From a virus, in the IMG/VR virus record IMGVR_UViG_3300002131_000090, positions 1 to 64,000 of that record: DNA of 64,000 nt. The stretch is one strand, 5' to 3'. Of the stretch, positions 55,573-64,000 are shown in pieces (the stretch's first letter is position 1; every line of letters starts with the position of its first letter). The notes under the pieces were generated by a model. The model was not told the DNA's origin. It did no database searches and worked only from the letters and a program-made list of their open reading frames with translations. A program made the position numbers and the translations under genes.

Positions 55573-57335
55573 AGTTTAATAGGTACCTGACTATTTCTCT
55601 GATCTCCGTCTATTGGATACATCCAACTAGTGTTGTATGTCATATTTCCTGTAAGATCGTTGTGTTTTATTAATCCGAGGTGATACTTACCGATCCATTC
55701 AATATTTGATTTATAAACATAGTCAGGTACTATTCCAGAACATAGTGCATCTGTAGCTTCATGATGATTTAATCCAAAACTACGGAGTCTCGGATATGCC
55801 CAAAAACTTACATTATAGTCAGCATGTCTTTCAAACTGTGTTCGAGGATGGGTTTCCATTATAGTTTCCCATCTTAACGCAATTTCTTTAGCTTTAGTTA
55901 AATCCATAGTACCGTGTCTCCAATAGTATTCGGGATCCCATCTTACTTCTTGTATTCCAAATTTGTCAGACTTGTCACTAAAAGCATTGCTTGTACGTCC
56001 ACCAGCATCTGATATGAAAAGTATTTCGTATTGTGCTTTATCAATAACTTGTTGATTAAGTAACCAATCAGCAGTATCCATTAAACTTTCTTCAGTTTCG
56101 CCAGGAAGCCCTACTATAAAACTAGTAAGTATAAAGATTTCGTCTCCTGCCGTTTTGCGAATCCACTCTAGTATTCCTTTGATTTTTTCAGGGTCTAAAC
56201 CTTTACCGGCAATTTTTGCTGCTGTATGATTAAATGTTTCAACGCCAAGGAACATACCTCTACATCCCATGTCTAGCATTTTATCTAACATTTGTGGAAA
56301 TTTGTAAAACATATCCGGTCTAGTATAAGCAATCCACTCGATCTTAAACGGCAAGCTACTAATAACATCATGCATCATATTAATTTTTGCCATACTGTCA
56401 TTTACAGTGTCATCAGTTAATTGATATCCTGTAGTACCAAATGTTTTATAATTATAAATTAATTCTCTTCTTAAACATTCAGCACTTTTAATAACTGTTC
56501 CACTATGATCATAGAAACAGAACTTACATCCAAATCTACAACCTTTTGATATTTCTAATGGAAGCCATTCTCCCGGCTGTACACTATCTAACGGTAACCA
56601 TTTTGTTTGTGTAACTATTGCACCTTTACCTGCTAATGCCGGTTCGTTAATAAATGTCACTCCGTCTTTTATGCGTACTTGAGACGGATTTAATTTTCCG
56701 TTTAAAAAGTCAACAATTGTACTTTCGCTATATCCATGAAAAGCATAATCAACATAATCTATCATTGCTTTAGGCAATATCTTACCTATTTTGCTATGTA
56801 CAAAGTGCTGTTTATATATTGTATCTACTAACGCTCCGCCTATTATTATTTTTGCGTTTGGCGCACGACGTTTTAATTCCTTAAACCATTCGCAACATTC
56901 TTCATGACTAAAATGCCATAAATTAAATTTTCCTTGAGTAGGATTAAAAGGATTATTTAAAAACGTTAAACTTAAAGCAACATACTCAGTATCTGGTGTT
57001 ACTAACTGTTCAAAGAAATCAAAGAAGTTATCTAGTTTAGTAAAATAATCAAAAACTATTGCTTCGTACGTTGTGTGTTCTCTAATATTACTAGCTACAG
57101 TATAAGGCCCCATGTACCTAGTCCAGAAGTTGTACTTACTACTACCTAAATATTTGCCACCTACATAGTTAGTATTTTTAACTGATATCTCAAAACCTGT
57201 TTTGCTATTAACATCCTTGAAGGCACTGCGATACATGTCTTCACGTTCATCTTTTTCAAGAAAGTGCGATCTAAATTTTGTACCACCAGTTCCTCTTACA
57301 TCGTAAATGTCACTTAATATTATTATTCTACTCAT
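55569..57335 (-). CDS. Cobalamin-dependent-type radical SAM protein
   Basis: N-terminal B12-binding-like region (G.Y.VA, IIIGG), EISKGCRFGCKFC, DDT, GVET, FIVGLPGET. Confidence 0.87.
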   Translation of the reverse strand: MSRIIILSDIYDVRGTGGTKFRSHFLEKDEREDMYRSAFKDVNSKTGFEISVKNTNYVGGKYLGSSKYNFWTRYMGPYTVASNIREHTTYEAIVFDYFTKLDNFFDFFEQLVTPDTEYVALSLTFLNNPFNPTQGKFNLWHFSHEECCEWFKELKRRAPNAKIIIGGALVDTIYKQHFVHSKIGKILPKAMIDYVDYAFHGYSESTIVDFLNGKLNPSQVRIKDGVTFINEPALAGKGAIVTQTKWLPLDSVQPGEWLPLEISKGCRFGCKFCFYDHSGTVIKSAECLRRELIYNYKTFGTTGYQLTDDTVNDSMAKINMMHDVISSLPFKIEWIAYTRPDMFYKFPQMLDKMLDMGCRGMFLGVETFNHTAAKIAGKGLDPEKIKGILEWIRKTAGDEIFILTSFIVGLPGETEESLMDTADWLLNQQVIDKAQYEILFISDAGGRTSNAFSDKSDKFGIQEVRWDPEYYWRHGTMDLTKAKEIALRWETIMETHPRTQFERHADYNVSFWAYPRLRSFGLNHHEATDALCSGIVPDYVYKSNIEWIGKYHLGLIKHNDLTGNMTYNTSWMYPIDGDQRNSQVPIKL

Positions 57336-58866
57336 ATAAGTTATTTTTCCTCAAGTATTCATTTGCTATTTTTTTATAACTATCAGCGTGTTGTTTAATC
57401 CAAGTAGTATTATACTTATTAGCATTTATTAGTTCATTATGCGTAAATCCTAGGTTACTACATCTACTGTAACCCAAGTAGGATGTCATAATGCGTTTTT
57501 GCCAAGCAGGACTCTTTTGTGCTTCTTCTATAATATTTATCATAGCAGTTTTTGTCATGTCTCCGTTTTGCCATTCCTCGACATATATACCTTTATCATT
57601 AGGCTCAAGTATTACATCGTATCCGTATGTCTTAGGATCCTTTTGTATTTTACTATAATCAATGGTATATGCCTTGTTAGGATCATATCCACCTATGTAC
57701 AACGGAGTTATTTCCCAAGCATTGAGCCAAGGTTGTGATCCAATCCAGTCTACTAACGCTTGGCACGTTTGTAATGTTTCACCTGGCAGTCCTAAAATAA
57801 ATCCGCTGCCCATTACAATACTATCGCCCCAGCTATCTCTACATTTTTGTAAAGCACTTTCAATAATATTTTTACGTGTAACTTTACCTATCAACGGACC
57901 TACAGCATCAGTTACAGTTTCGATACCCCATTGAATACTACGACAACCGCTTTCGGATATCATGTTAATCATTTCAGGTTTTTGATACAGTAAGTCTAAT
58001 CGACCAAATCCTGTCCAAGTAATATCAAATGGTAAGCTAGTAAACACACGATGTATCATAGACATCTTTTCCATATTTTCATTTATTTGAAAATCTGTTA
58101 ACATGTAGTGAGTTGTGCCAAACTTATCGTGGTTTTCTAATAACACGTTGCGTAGATGCGTTTCATCTAATGTCCAACTGTTTACTGCTTTTTTAGGATA
58201 ATCACAAAACGCACACTTAAACGGGCAGCCTCTACTTATTTCTAGTGGTAGTGCTTCACCTGGAAATATAAAGTCGCTTTCGTCCCAATGGATTTTACTA
58301 AACTTAAACTCTTTCTCGGTTATACTTCCGTAATCAGATTCACTCTTAATCTTAAGAGGTACTGTTTTATTACTTTGCAAATCTGTAAGTAATCCAATAA
58401 TACTACGATCGGCCATTCCGCCTACCCAATAATCAACCATTGGATATCTTTTTTGTAGTGCTTGTTTTTGAGCAACTTTTTGTCCACCAACGACAATACG
58501 TATCTGAGGATGTTTATTTTTTGCGTAATCAAACCACTGTGTTATTTCATCTTGCGGAAACGGAAAATATACATTCCACATATTGCTTTTGCGTGTTCTA
58601 CTATCAGCGCTCCAATGTGTTTCCCAGTCTTCCGGCATTAGTGTACTGAAGTGTGTACTACTAAACCCTAGAAATACAGTGTCGTTACTTACATACAAGT
58701 CAATAGCACGTTTAAATCGTTCATAGTTAAAATGACTAAAGAAGTCTATAACTTTAACACAATAACCGTTTTCACGTAATCTACTAGCCACAGTATATGC
58801 GCCGGCATCTCGACCCCAGCCGATACTTCCATTACATTCTGTGAATAGTACTACATCATAATTCAT
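57328..58866 (-). CDS. Cobalamin-dependent-type radical SAM protein
   Basis: GAY.VA..LR..G..V.VID, IVVGG, EISRGCPFKCAFC, GIET, FILGLPGET. Confidence 0.88.
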   Translation of the reverse strand: MNYDVVLFTECNGSIGWGRDAGAYTVASRLRENGYCVKVIDFFSHFNYERFKRAIDLYVSNDTVFLGFSSTHFSTLMPEDWETHWSADSRTRKSNMWNVYFPFPQDEITQWFDYAKNKHPQIRIVVGGQKVAQKQALQKRYPMVDYWVGGMADRSIIGLLTDLQSNKTVPLKIKSESDYGSITEKEFKFSKIHWDESDFIFPGEALPLEISRGCPFKCAFCDYPKKAVNSWTLDETHLRNVLLENHDKFGTTHYMLTDFQINENMEKMSMIHRVFTSLPFDITWTGFGRLDLLYQKPEMINMISESGCRSIQWGIETVTDAVGPLIGKVTRKNIIESALQKCRDSWGDSIVMGSGFILGLPGETLQTCQALVDWIGSQPWLNAWEITPLYIGGYDPNKAYTIDYSKIQKDPKTYGYDVILEPNDKGIYVEEWQNGDMTKTAMINIIEEAQKSPAWQKRIMTSYLGYSRCSNLGFTHNELINANKYNTTWIKQHADSYKKIANEYLRKNNLYE

Positions 58867-59306
58867 AATTCTTTAATCACGTAACAATTTAATTCACTAG
58901 TTTCAGTTTTAAAGAAGTCACTTGTTTGTTCAAACCCGGCATTTAAATAAGTTTTTAACGCTGTTTTTCTCGGTAGACTCCAACAATACTTTTTATTTTC
59001 TTTAACCGCTAACTGTATTGTATATTCCAATAATAGTTTGCCTATATTATTATTTCTATATTCAGGCATTACATACAACCCTCTACTTCTATAATGTATT
59101 CTACTAGTAGCATGTCCACTATTAACACCTACTACAGTGTTATCAATTATATATCCAAAAAACGTAGGGACGTAATTTTTTAATATGCCTTTATATGCAA
59201 TATCATTATAACGCATAGTACTCATAGGCATTATAATAGCACGATTGGGCCAGAGATATTTCTGCCAAAATTCATAAACTGTTTCATAGTCAAGTTCCTT
59301 AATCAT
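58863..59306 (-). CDS. GNAT acetyltransferase
   Basis: LYV.PEYR..NIG..LL; A...Y...GF. Confidence 0.85.
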   Translation of the reverse strand: MIKELDYETVYEFWQKYLWPNRAIIMPMSTMRYNDIAYKGILKNYVPTFFGYIIDNTVVGVNSGHATSRIHYRSRGLYVMPEYRNNNIGKLLLEYTIQLAVKENKKYCWSLPRKTALKTYLNAGFEQTSDFFKTETSELNCYVIKEL

Positions 59307-60300
59307 ATTGATCTCCTACAATAACGTGTTTTGGAACTAGATATTGATAAATTTTATTTGCACCTTGATTAAATGTATTTCCGCTTGCACCTACTCCACT
59401 ATGAGGCATTTCGATCGGAGTAGTCATAGGCTTATTTACAAATATATTTCCCCAACGAGCGTGTTGTGATACAAATCTTTGTGTTTTTAACTCCGTTGTA
59501 TATAGGTGTAACCCTAATCTATTTGGAAGTTGATTTATTTGCTTTATTAACTCTTGTAGATTATCGTATTGACTCATAGTTGCTTCTGGTCTGAAGTGAT
59601 CAATGTTTGTGAGTTGTTGTTCTTTGACACAATTTAGATTTTCAATTAACTGCGCAAACAAATTACGTTTACAAAAAATGTGTTTAGGACTGGTACAATC
59701 GGCGCCGCCATTATATTTAATACTCCAATCTAGGCTGTTAGCAATAAAACTAATATTGCCGTCATTAACAATAGCAACACTTGCTCCACCTATATCAGCA
59801 ATTACATCATTATGATGTTGTTTAAAAAAATCTGCCGTTGTTTTACTACCAGTAATATCAATAAAGTCATATATGCTAAAGTCAACAGTGTCAACTACAT
59901 TAACTTGTACTTTATTTTTCCAATTAGAAAATATAAATGGTACACTTCCTTTGTTTTTAGGATTTAACTTTACATCAATAGTACAACCAGCAGCAATAGC
60001 CGGAGCAATCTTCCACATAGCAATAACTAATGGATAATTCCACGGTACAACTCCTAGACAATGACCTTTTGGCTCATAACGCATGCTACTAGTACAAGTG
60101 TTATAATACTCATCTTGCGGAGGTGCTGTTATTGTTCGGGAAACACCAGCATAAAAATTGCAGATATCAATTGCAGTATTTACATCAAAATCTGCGTTGT
60201 TTTTAAAGTCAGTTGTTTCGAGCTTAACTATTTTTTTAAAGTTATCTTGTATAAACTTAGATAAAGAGAAAAGAGTATTTTGACGATCTTGTGGTTTCAT
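59299..60300 (-). CDS. Aldehyde dehydrogenase, PatD (4-aminobutanal dehydrogenase)-like, shortened
   Basis: PWNYPL..A.WK.APA.AAG, TGS, YNGGADCT, EMPHSG. Confidence 0.8.
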   Translation of the reverse strand: MKPQDRQNTLFSLSKFIQDNFKKIVKLETTDFKNNADFDVNTAIDICNFYAGVSRTITAPPQDEYYNTCTSSMRYEPKGHCLGVVPWNYPLVIAMWKIAPAIAAGCTIDVKLNPKNKGSVPFIFSNWKNKVQVNVVDTVDFSIYDFIDITGSKTTADFFKQHHNDVIADIGGASVAIVNDGNISFIANSLDWSIKYNGGADCTSPKHIFCKRNLFAQLIENLNCVKEQQLTNIDHFRPEATMSQYDNLQELIKQINQLPNRLGLHLYTTELKTQRFVSQHARWGNIFVNKPMTTPIEMPHSGVGASGNTFNQGANKIYQYLVPKHVIVGDQYD

Positions 60301-60305
60301 AACTT

Positions 60306-60334
60306 ACTATACTATACATTTTTACAGTTGTCAA
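60306..60334 (-). promoter_or_regulatory. Sigma70 promoter, probable leaderless transcript
   Basis: Minus strand TTGACA-17-TATAGT, 5 nt before ATG 60300. Confidence 0.65.
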
Positions 60335-60355
60335 GTTTTTAAATAATTATTTGTA

Positions 60356-60928
60356 TCAAAGGATTACTGCAACTAAATGAATTCTATCTTCTTTACTAGC
60401 ATTAAATGCAGTATGAAGTAATACTGTATTTGTCCAATACCAGTTATTTAATTCTAAATATTTTATTTCATTTTCAATAACCATAAAACACCCGTCTTGA
60501 GTCTTAACAGGGTAATGAATTCTGGTTGAATCATCTCTATGCCAGGACAAGCAAGTTTTTGATTTAGATTTCATCAAACGCACTCGACCTAATTTGTACT
60601 TATTACACAATTGCGTATATACATCTTCAAAAAGAGTATTTTTAAACTGAGAACACAATATTGAAAAGTCTTGTTCGGTATATTTTACTTTATATTCTGG
60701 TATTTCAAAAGACTCATTTCCGTATTCATCTGTTATTGTTTTTGAATTATTCCAATCTAACACTAAACTGCCGGTGCCTAGTAAATAGTTGTCAGGATTT
60801 TGTTCTGTAGTATTAATACAAATCTGATTTTCTTTAGTCCATTCTATTGTTTTATTTTCGATAAGTTTGTTGAGTTCGGAATATAAATCGTATATTGGTA
60901 AATTATCTAAATTTTTAAAATTGTTCAT
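60356..60928 (-). CDS. AspH-like 2OG-Fe(II) oxygenase
   Basis: GRVRLM, WHRD, RIHYP..T, HTAFN....RIHLV. Confidence 0.8.
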   Translation of the reverse strand: MNNFKNLDNLPIYDLYSELNKLIENKTIEWTKENQICINTTEQNPDNYLLGTGSLVLDWNNSKTITDEYGNESFEIPEYKVKYTEQDFSILCSQFKNTLFEDVYTQLCNKYKLGRVRLMKSKSKTCLSWHRDDSTRIHYPVKTQDGCFMVIENEIKYLELNNWYWTNTVLLHTAFNASKEDRIHLVAVIL

Positions 60929-60993
60929 CTAACATGTTCTCCGTTAATTTTTTAAATTTTTATTTTTTTATTCTATATAGTTTAGCTATCAAA

Positions 60994-61767
60994 TTACTTT
61001 AAATAATGAGTAATGCAAAGTCTGTTTACATATCCTCGTTTAAATTTATTATACTTCTTGTTATGATCTAATCCAAAAATTACTGTATCACTAGGAATTA
61101 TGCCTAATTCATTGCATATTTCTATTTGCTTTTGTCTATATTTTTTAAATGTATCATCTGGACCTAATGTATTAATCAGATCATAGTGTATTTTAGCACT
61201 GGATAATAGTTGATAATCCCATTCTTTGTACACTGAAACAGGGTATGTGTCTACAGTATAAATTTTACCTACACGATAATATCCAGTACCAAATGTTTTA
61301 CTTAAACTAAATGCAACAGTATGAATATTTTTATAAAGAGTAAAATCAAAATTGACGTTGGAGCAAATACCAAAGAATGCACAATCAACAAATATAGGTT
61401 TATTAAATGTATCAGCATACGCTAATTTTTCGTGAGCACTCATTCCATCAGCACTAAACGGATGGCTTACTATAATACAATCTGCTGCTTTAAGATTTTT
61501 TGTTAGTCGTTTTTTAGGTAATACTACTTCGTGATACGGATATTCGCCTTCAAAAATGCCTATTTTATTATAGATTGCATAAGTTTGATTAAAAGCATCT
61601 GTTATTCCCGAAACTATGTAGCTATCTTTTGGAAGTCCTTGTACTTTAAAATTAGACTTAAATATCCAATTATCAAAGTCTTGAGAAAAATTATGAAAAG
61701 ATTCCATATCATCTTTAAATTTAGCAATAGGTAATGCAGCTTTTGTTATTAGATCTAAATTATACAT
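60994..61767 (-). CDS. Fold-type I PLP-dependent enzyme (decarboxylase/aminotransferase-like), compact
   Basis: VDCAF, FSLSK.F.....RVG. Confidence 0.75.
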   Translation of the reverse strand: MYNLDLITKAALPIAKFKDDMESFHNFSQDFDNWIFKSNFKVQGLPKDSYIVSGITDAFNQTYAIYNKIGIFEGEYPYHEVVLPKKRLTKNLKAADCIIVSHPFSADGMSAHEKLAYADTFNKPIFVDCAFFGICSNVNFDFTLYKNIHTVAFSLSKTFGTGYYRVGKIYTVDTYPVSVYKEWDYQLLSSAKIHYDLINTLGPDDTFKKYRQKQIEICNELGIIPSDTVIFGLDHNKKYNKFKRGYVNRLCITHYLK

Positions 61768-62785
61768 AGCTATCTGGGCCTCCCTTACGTTTTAAATCTA
61801 GTGTTACACAATGTAACCCGCTATCCCAAAAATATTTATGTCTAAAATTAAACGGAATTCCTTCAATGCCATTTGCTTTAAGCTGCGCATATACGTCTGC
61901 ATCATATCCATTGGTAATAACTGTGTGTTCATCAAGACTGATAACATTAATATCAAATACAGTTTCGTCTACGTAACCAATCCAATGCTGTAACCATTCT
62001 TGTACTGTACTTTTATAAAAATGTTGGCTTTTTATTTTGTGAAAATACTCAGGTAATTCTTTTGTTTTAGCTTGAATGACGGTCCACTTTTTCATTGCCT
62101 TAGGAATATGTTTTTTGTTATAGCACATGACTACACCAGGTTTAAGTAATGCTAGTTTACCATCAGCATGTCCTACTGCTGGAATTTCAACCCAATGAAC
62201 ATCTCTATCAATGTTACGTTTAACCCAATCTAATCCAGCCTTTGTTCCTTTGCCCCAAGTTGTATCATCGTTGTATGGTCTTGTATGTAATAAAGTATCG
62301 CCTGCTTTAAGAACACATGCAGCATGGAACATTATTTGACCTTCCATTTTTTTATATTTTCGATAGTAGGAGTTTAGCAAGGGCTTAGGCATATTGATAT
62401 AGTTTCTTCCCTCTGCATATTTTTTAAGCATAATATCTAAGAAGTAATCGTGTTCTGTATAACGATTACAGTCGCCGCCGGCAGTGCCTAATATAGTATT
62501 GCCATAAACAATGTGAAAGTCACGTGGGCAAATAGCAGGATAAGGATAAGCTGACTGCCAGGTTCTGTGCTGTTCTGCTATTAGAGGAAAATCTCGAGGC
62601 CTATGCACTTTAACATCTGCACTTTTAAACAAATTAGATAATTTTTGGAAATCTTCTTCTGTTTCTTCTAATATTTTACCTAATCCATCAACAAATTCTT
62701 GATCGTCAAATTGTTTTAAAACATCTATATTATATGCTTTACCTACAATAACTTCTTCTAGTTTATCCCATTCTGTATAAATCAT
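61760..62785 (-). CDS. Amidinotransferase (glycine/inosamine amidinotransferase family)
   Basis: EWD.LEEVIVG, CPRD, HADG, D.N..SLD, SGLHC.TLDL.R. Confidence 0.88.
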   Translation of the reverse strand: MIYTEWDKLEEVIVGKAYNIDVLKQFDDQEFVDGLGKILEETEEDFQKLSNLFKSADVKVHRPRDFPLIAEQHRTWQSAYPYPAICPRDFHIVYGNTILGTAGGDCNRYTEHDYFLDIMLKKYAEGRNYINMPKPLLNSYYRKYKKMEGQIMFHAACVLKAGDTLLHTRPYNDDTTWGKGTKAGLDWVKRNIDRDVHWVEIPAVGHADGKLALLKPGVVMCYNKKHIPKAMKKWTVIQAKTKELPEYFHKIKSQHFYKSTVQEWLQHWIGYVDETVFDINVISLDEHTVITNGYDADVYAQLKANGIEGIPFNFRHKYFWDSGLHCVTLDLKRKGGPDSYV

Positions 62786-62936
62786 TTATGTTCCTATAAT
62801 TAAATTTATAATAATTGTTAGGCTAATTATTATAATAATTTGTATTTTTTTTAAATAAGTTTTATTGCAGGTTTACGTTTTGTTATTTTACTATCAAAAC
62901 TGCTTACACAACTTTTAGTAATATATAAAAATACCT

Positions 62937-64000
62937 TTATTCTAAATTTTTTGCTACATAGTTTTCTATAAACTGTTTTGTTTTATCTAACAATAATTCA
63001 TCCTTAAAATCTTTTTCGCGGAGTTCTAATAAATCTTTCATATTACAACGTAGTGTTGTACTAAATTCTCCCAGTTGAAATCCTGCAATTTTTCTATATT
63101 TGTAGGATCTATTATTATTATCTTTTGCTATCTTCATTAATTTAGTATGTACTAAGTCACCATTTGTCCAGTTAACAAAGTTATCATCAGTAAACTTGTA
63201 TCCGTATTTTTCATAGTTTTTTTCAAATTCACTTACCCATTGGTGTTTATTAATAACATTAATAGGATTTATATAAAGAGCCCAGTAATACCAACAACTC
63301 ATATCGTTGTCTATCATCCATTGTAAATCTATTTCTTCTTGTTCACCGGACCATCCCGGAAGTCCAACAATCATACCCATCCACCAGTTAGTTTTTCCTT
63401 TCCATCGGGTTTTTAACTCTAATAGAAATTCTTTAGCATACTGGCCGTTCCAACCTTTTCCTATTGCTTTTGAACCTTGTGCTTGAAAACTTTCAATACC
63501 AAAGAATGCGCTGCGTAAACCCGATTCGGGTAGTAAATCTATCATTTCTGGGTATGTTGCTAACAGATCAATTCTTATATAAGCAATGTACTCTAATTCA
63601 AAAGGTAACGATTTGCTAATACGATAAATCATTTGTACTTTATCCAAACTTTCATTAAGTGTATCATCACTAAAGTAATACTTTTTAATACCAAATCTTT
63701 CATAGTTTTGTATTAGTTCAGTTCTTATATCATTTTCACTTCGAATATTAGTTCCTTTTTTACGACCAGTTAACGGAAATTGACAAAACTTACATTTAAA
63801 AATACACCCTCTACTTATTTCAATACTTAGTGTTTCATAGGGTTGAATATAGTCGTCATTGCTATATACTTTTACAAAGTTTTGTATATCAAATTTTGGT
63901 CTTATTTCAATTTGCCTTGACAAACTATCAAGCATTGCTAATGTTTCGTCTTCGGCAAACTGATGTATACGTATCCAATCATTATCCATTATAGGAGACG
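62937..64000 (-). CDS. Cobalamin-type radical SAM protein, N-terminus beyond the window edge
   Basis: EISRGCIFKCKFC, DDT.N, GIES, IVGLP; frame stays open to position 64000. Confidence 0.85.
   Translation of the reverse strand, partial: SPIMDNDWIRIHQFAEDETLAMLDSLSRQIEIRPKFDIQNFVKVYSNDDYIQPYETLSIEISRGCIFKCKFCQFPLTGRKKGTNIRSENDIRTELIQNYERFGIKKYYFSDDTLNESLDKVQMIYRISKSLPFELEYIAYIRIDLLATYPEMIDLLPESGLRSAFFGIESFQAQGSKAIGKGWNGQYAKEFLLELKTRWKGKTNWWMGMIVGLPGWSGEQEEIDLQWMIDNDMSCWYYWALYINPINVINKHQWVSEFEKNYEKYGYKFTDDNFVNWTNGDLVHTKLMKIAKDNNNRSYKYRKIAGFQLGEFSTTLRCNMKDLLELREKDFKDELLLDKTKQFIENYVAKNLE

Noticed and set aside
627-61734. Numerous short ORFs antisense to or nested in long genes (e.g. 9915-10316, 34485-34973, 43477-43770)
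   Set aside because: Shadow frames of well-supported genes, with no motifs or ribosome-binding sites
61760-62785. Amidinotransferase as an archaeosine (G+) synthase
   Set aside because: It is a glycine-amidinotransferase-type enzyme, unrelated to ArcS, QueF-like or Gat-QueC, and G+ needs preQ0
62786-62936. AT-rich gap with TTATAATAATT inverted/direct repeats, possible origin
   Set aside because: Composed only of A and T, so such repeats are expected by chance; no supporting iterons
1-64000. Stop-codon reassignment, tRNA genes, CRISPR arrays, introns or inteins
   Set aside because: Core genes are full length in the standard code with no visible interruptions; no cloverleaf or repeat-spacer pattern seen by eye (tRNAscan and CRISPR finders would confirm)

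Overview
This 64 kb window is a gene-dense, AT-rich segment of a large, T4-superfamily-like (probably jumbo) dsDNA phage using the standard genetic code. The host is Gram-negative (spanin pair) and is tentatively alphaproteobacterial. Gene order: nucleotide metabolism (purS-like, thyA, dCMP deaminase, phoH); lysis cassette; dnaJ / radical SAM / def / clpA; a block of probable head-packaged, protease-processed (poly)proteins; family B DNA polymerase, sugar-nucleotide genes and a sliding-clamp-like gene; a 7-deazaguanine DNA-modification locus (DpdA/TGT-like, QueD, FolE, QueE, no QueC seen) interleaved with a glycosyltransferase, GalE, a PRTase and a PD-(D/E)XK nuclease; a metK / methyltransferase / Na+:solute symporter / sulfotransferase-like / oxygenase block; RNase H; MoxR-VWA; a tail-fibre-like protein and a multidomain subtilase; and a biosynthetic-type cluster of more than 11 kb (PP-loop enzyme, SET domain, class III aminotransferase, PatD-like aldehyde dehydrogenase, amidinotransferase, PLP enzyme, GNAT, two 2OG-Fe(II)-like oxygenases, three cobalamin-type radical SAM enzymes) that runs off the right edge. 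Non-coding signals include a GATAAATA-type late promoter, sigma70 promoters, hairpins that enclose a late promoter and mask start sites, probable leaderless mRNAs, and gene insertions bounded by duplicated junctions. No tRNA, rRNA or CRISPR array was recognised. All family assignments come from motif recognition by eye; no searches were run.
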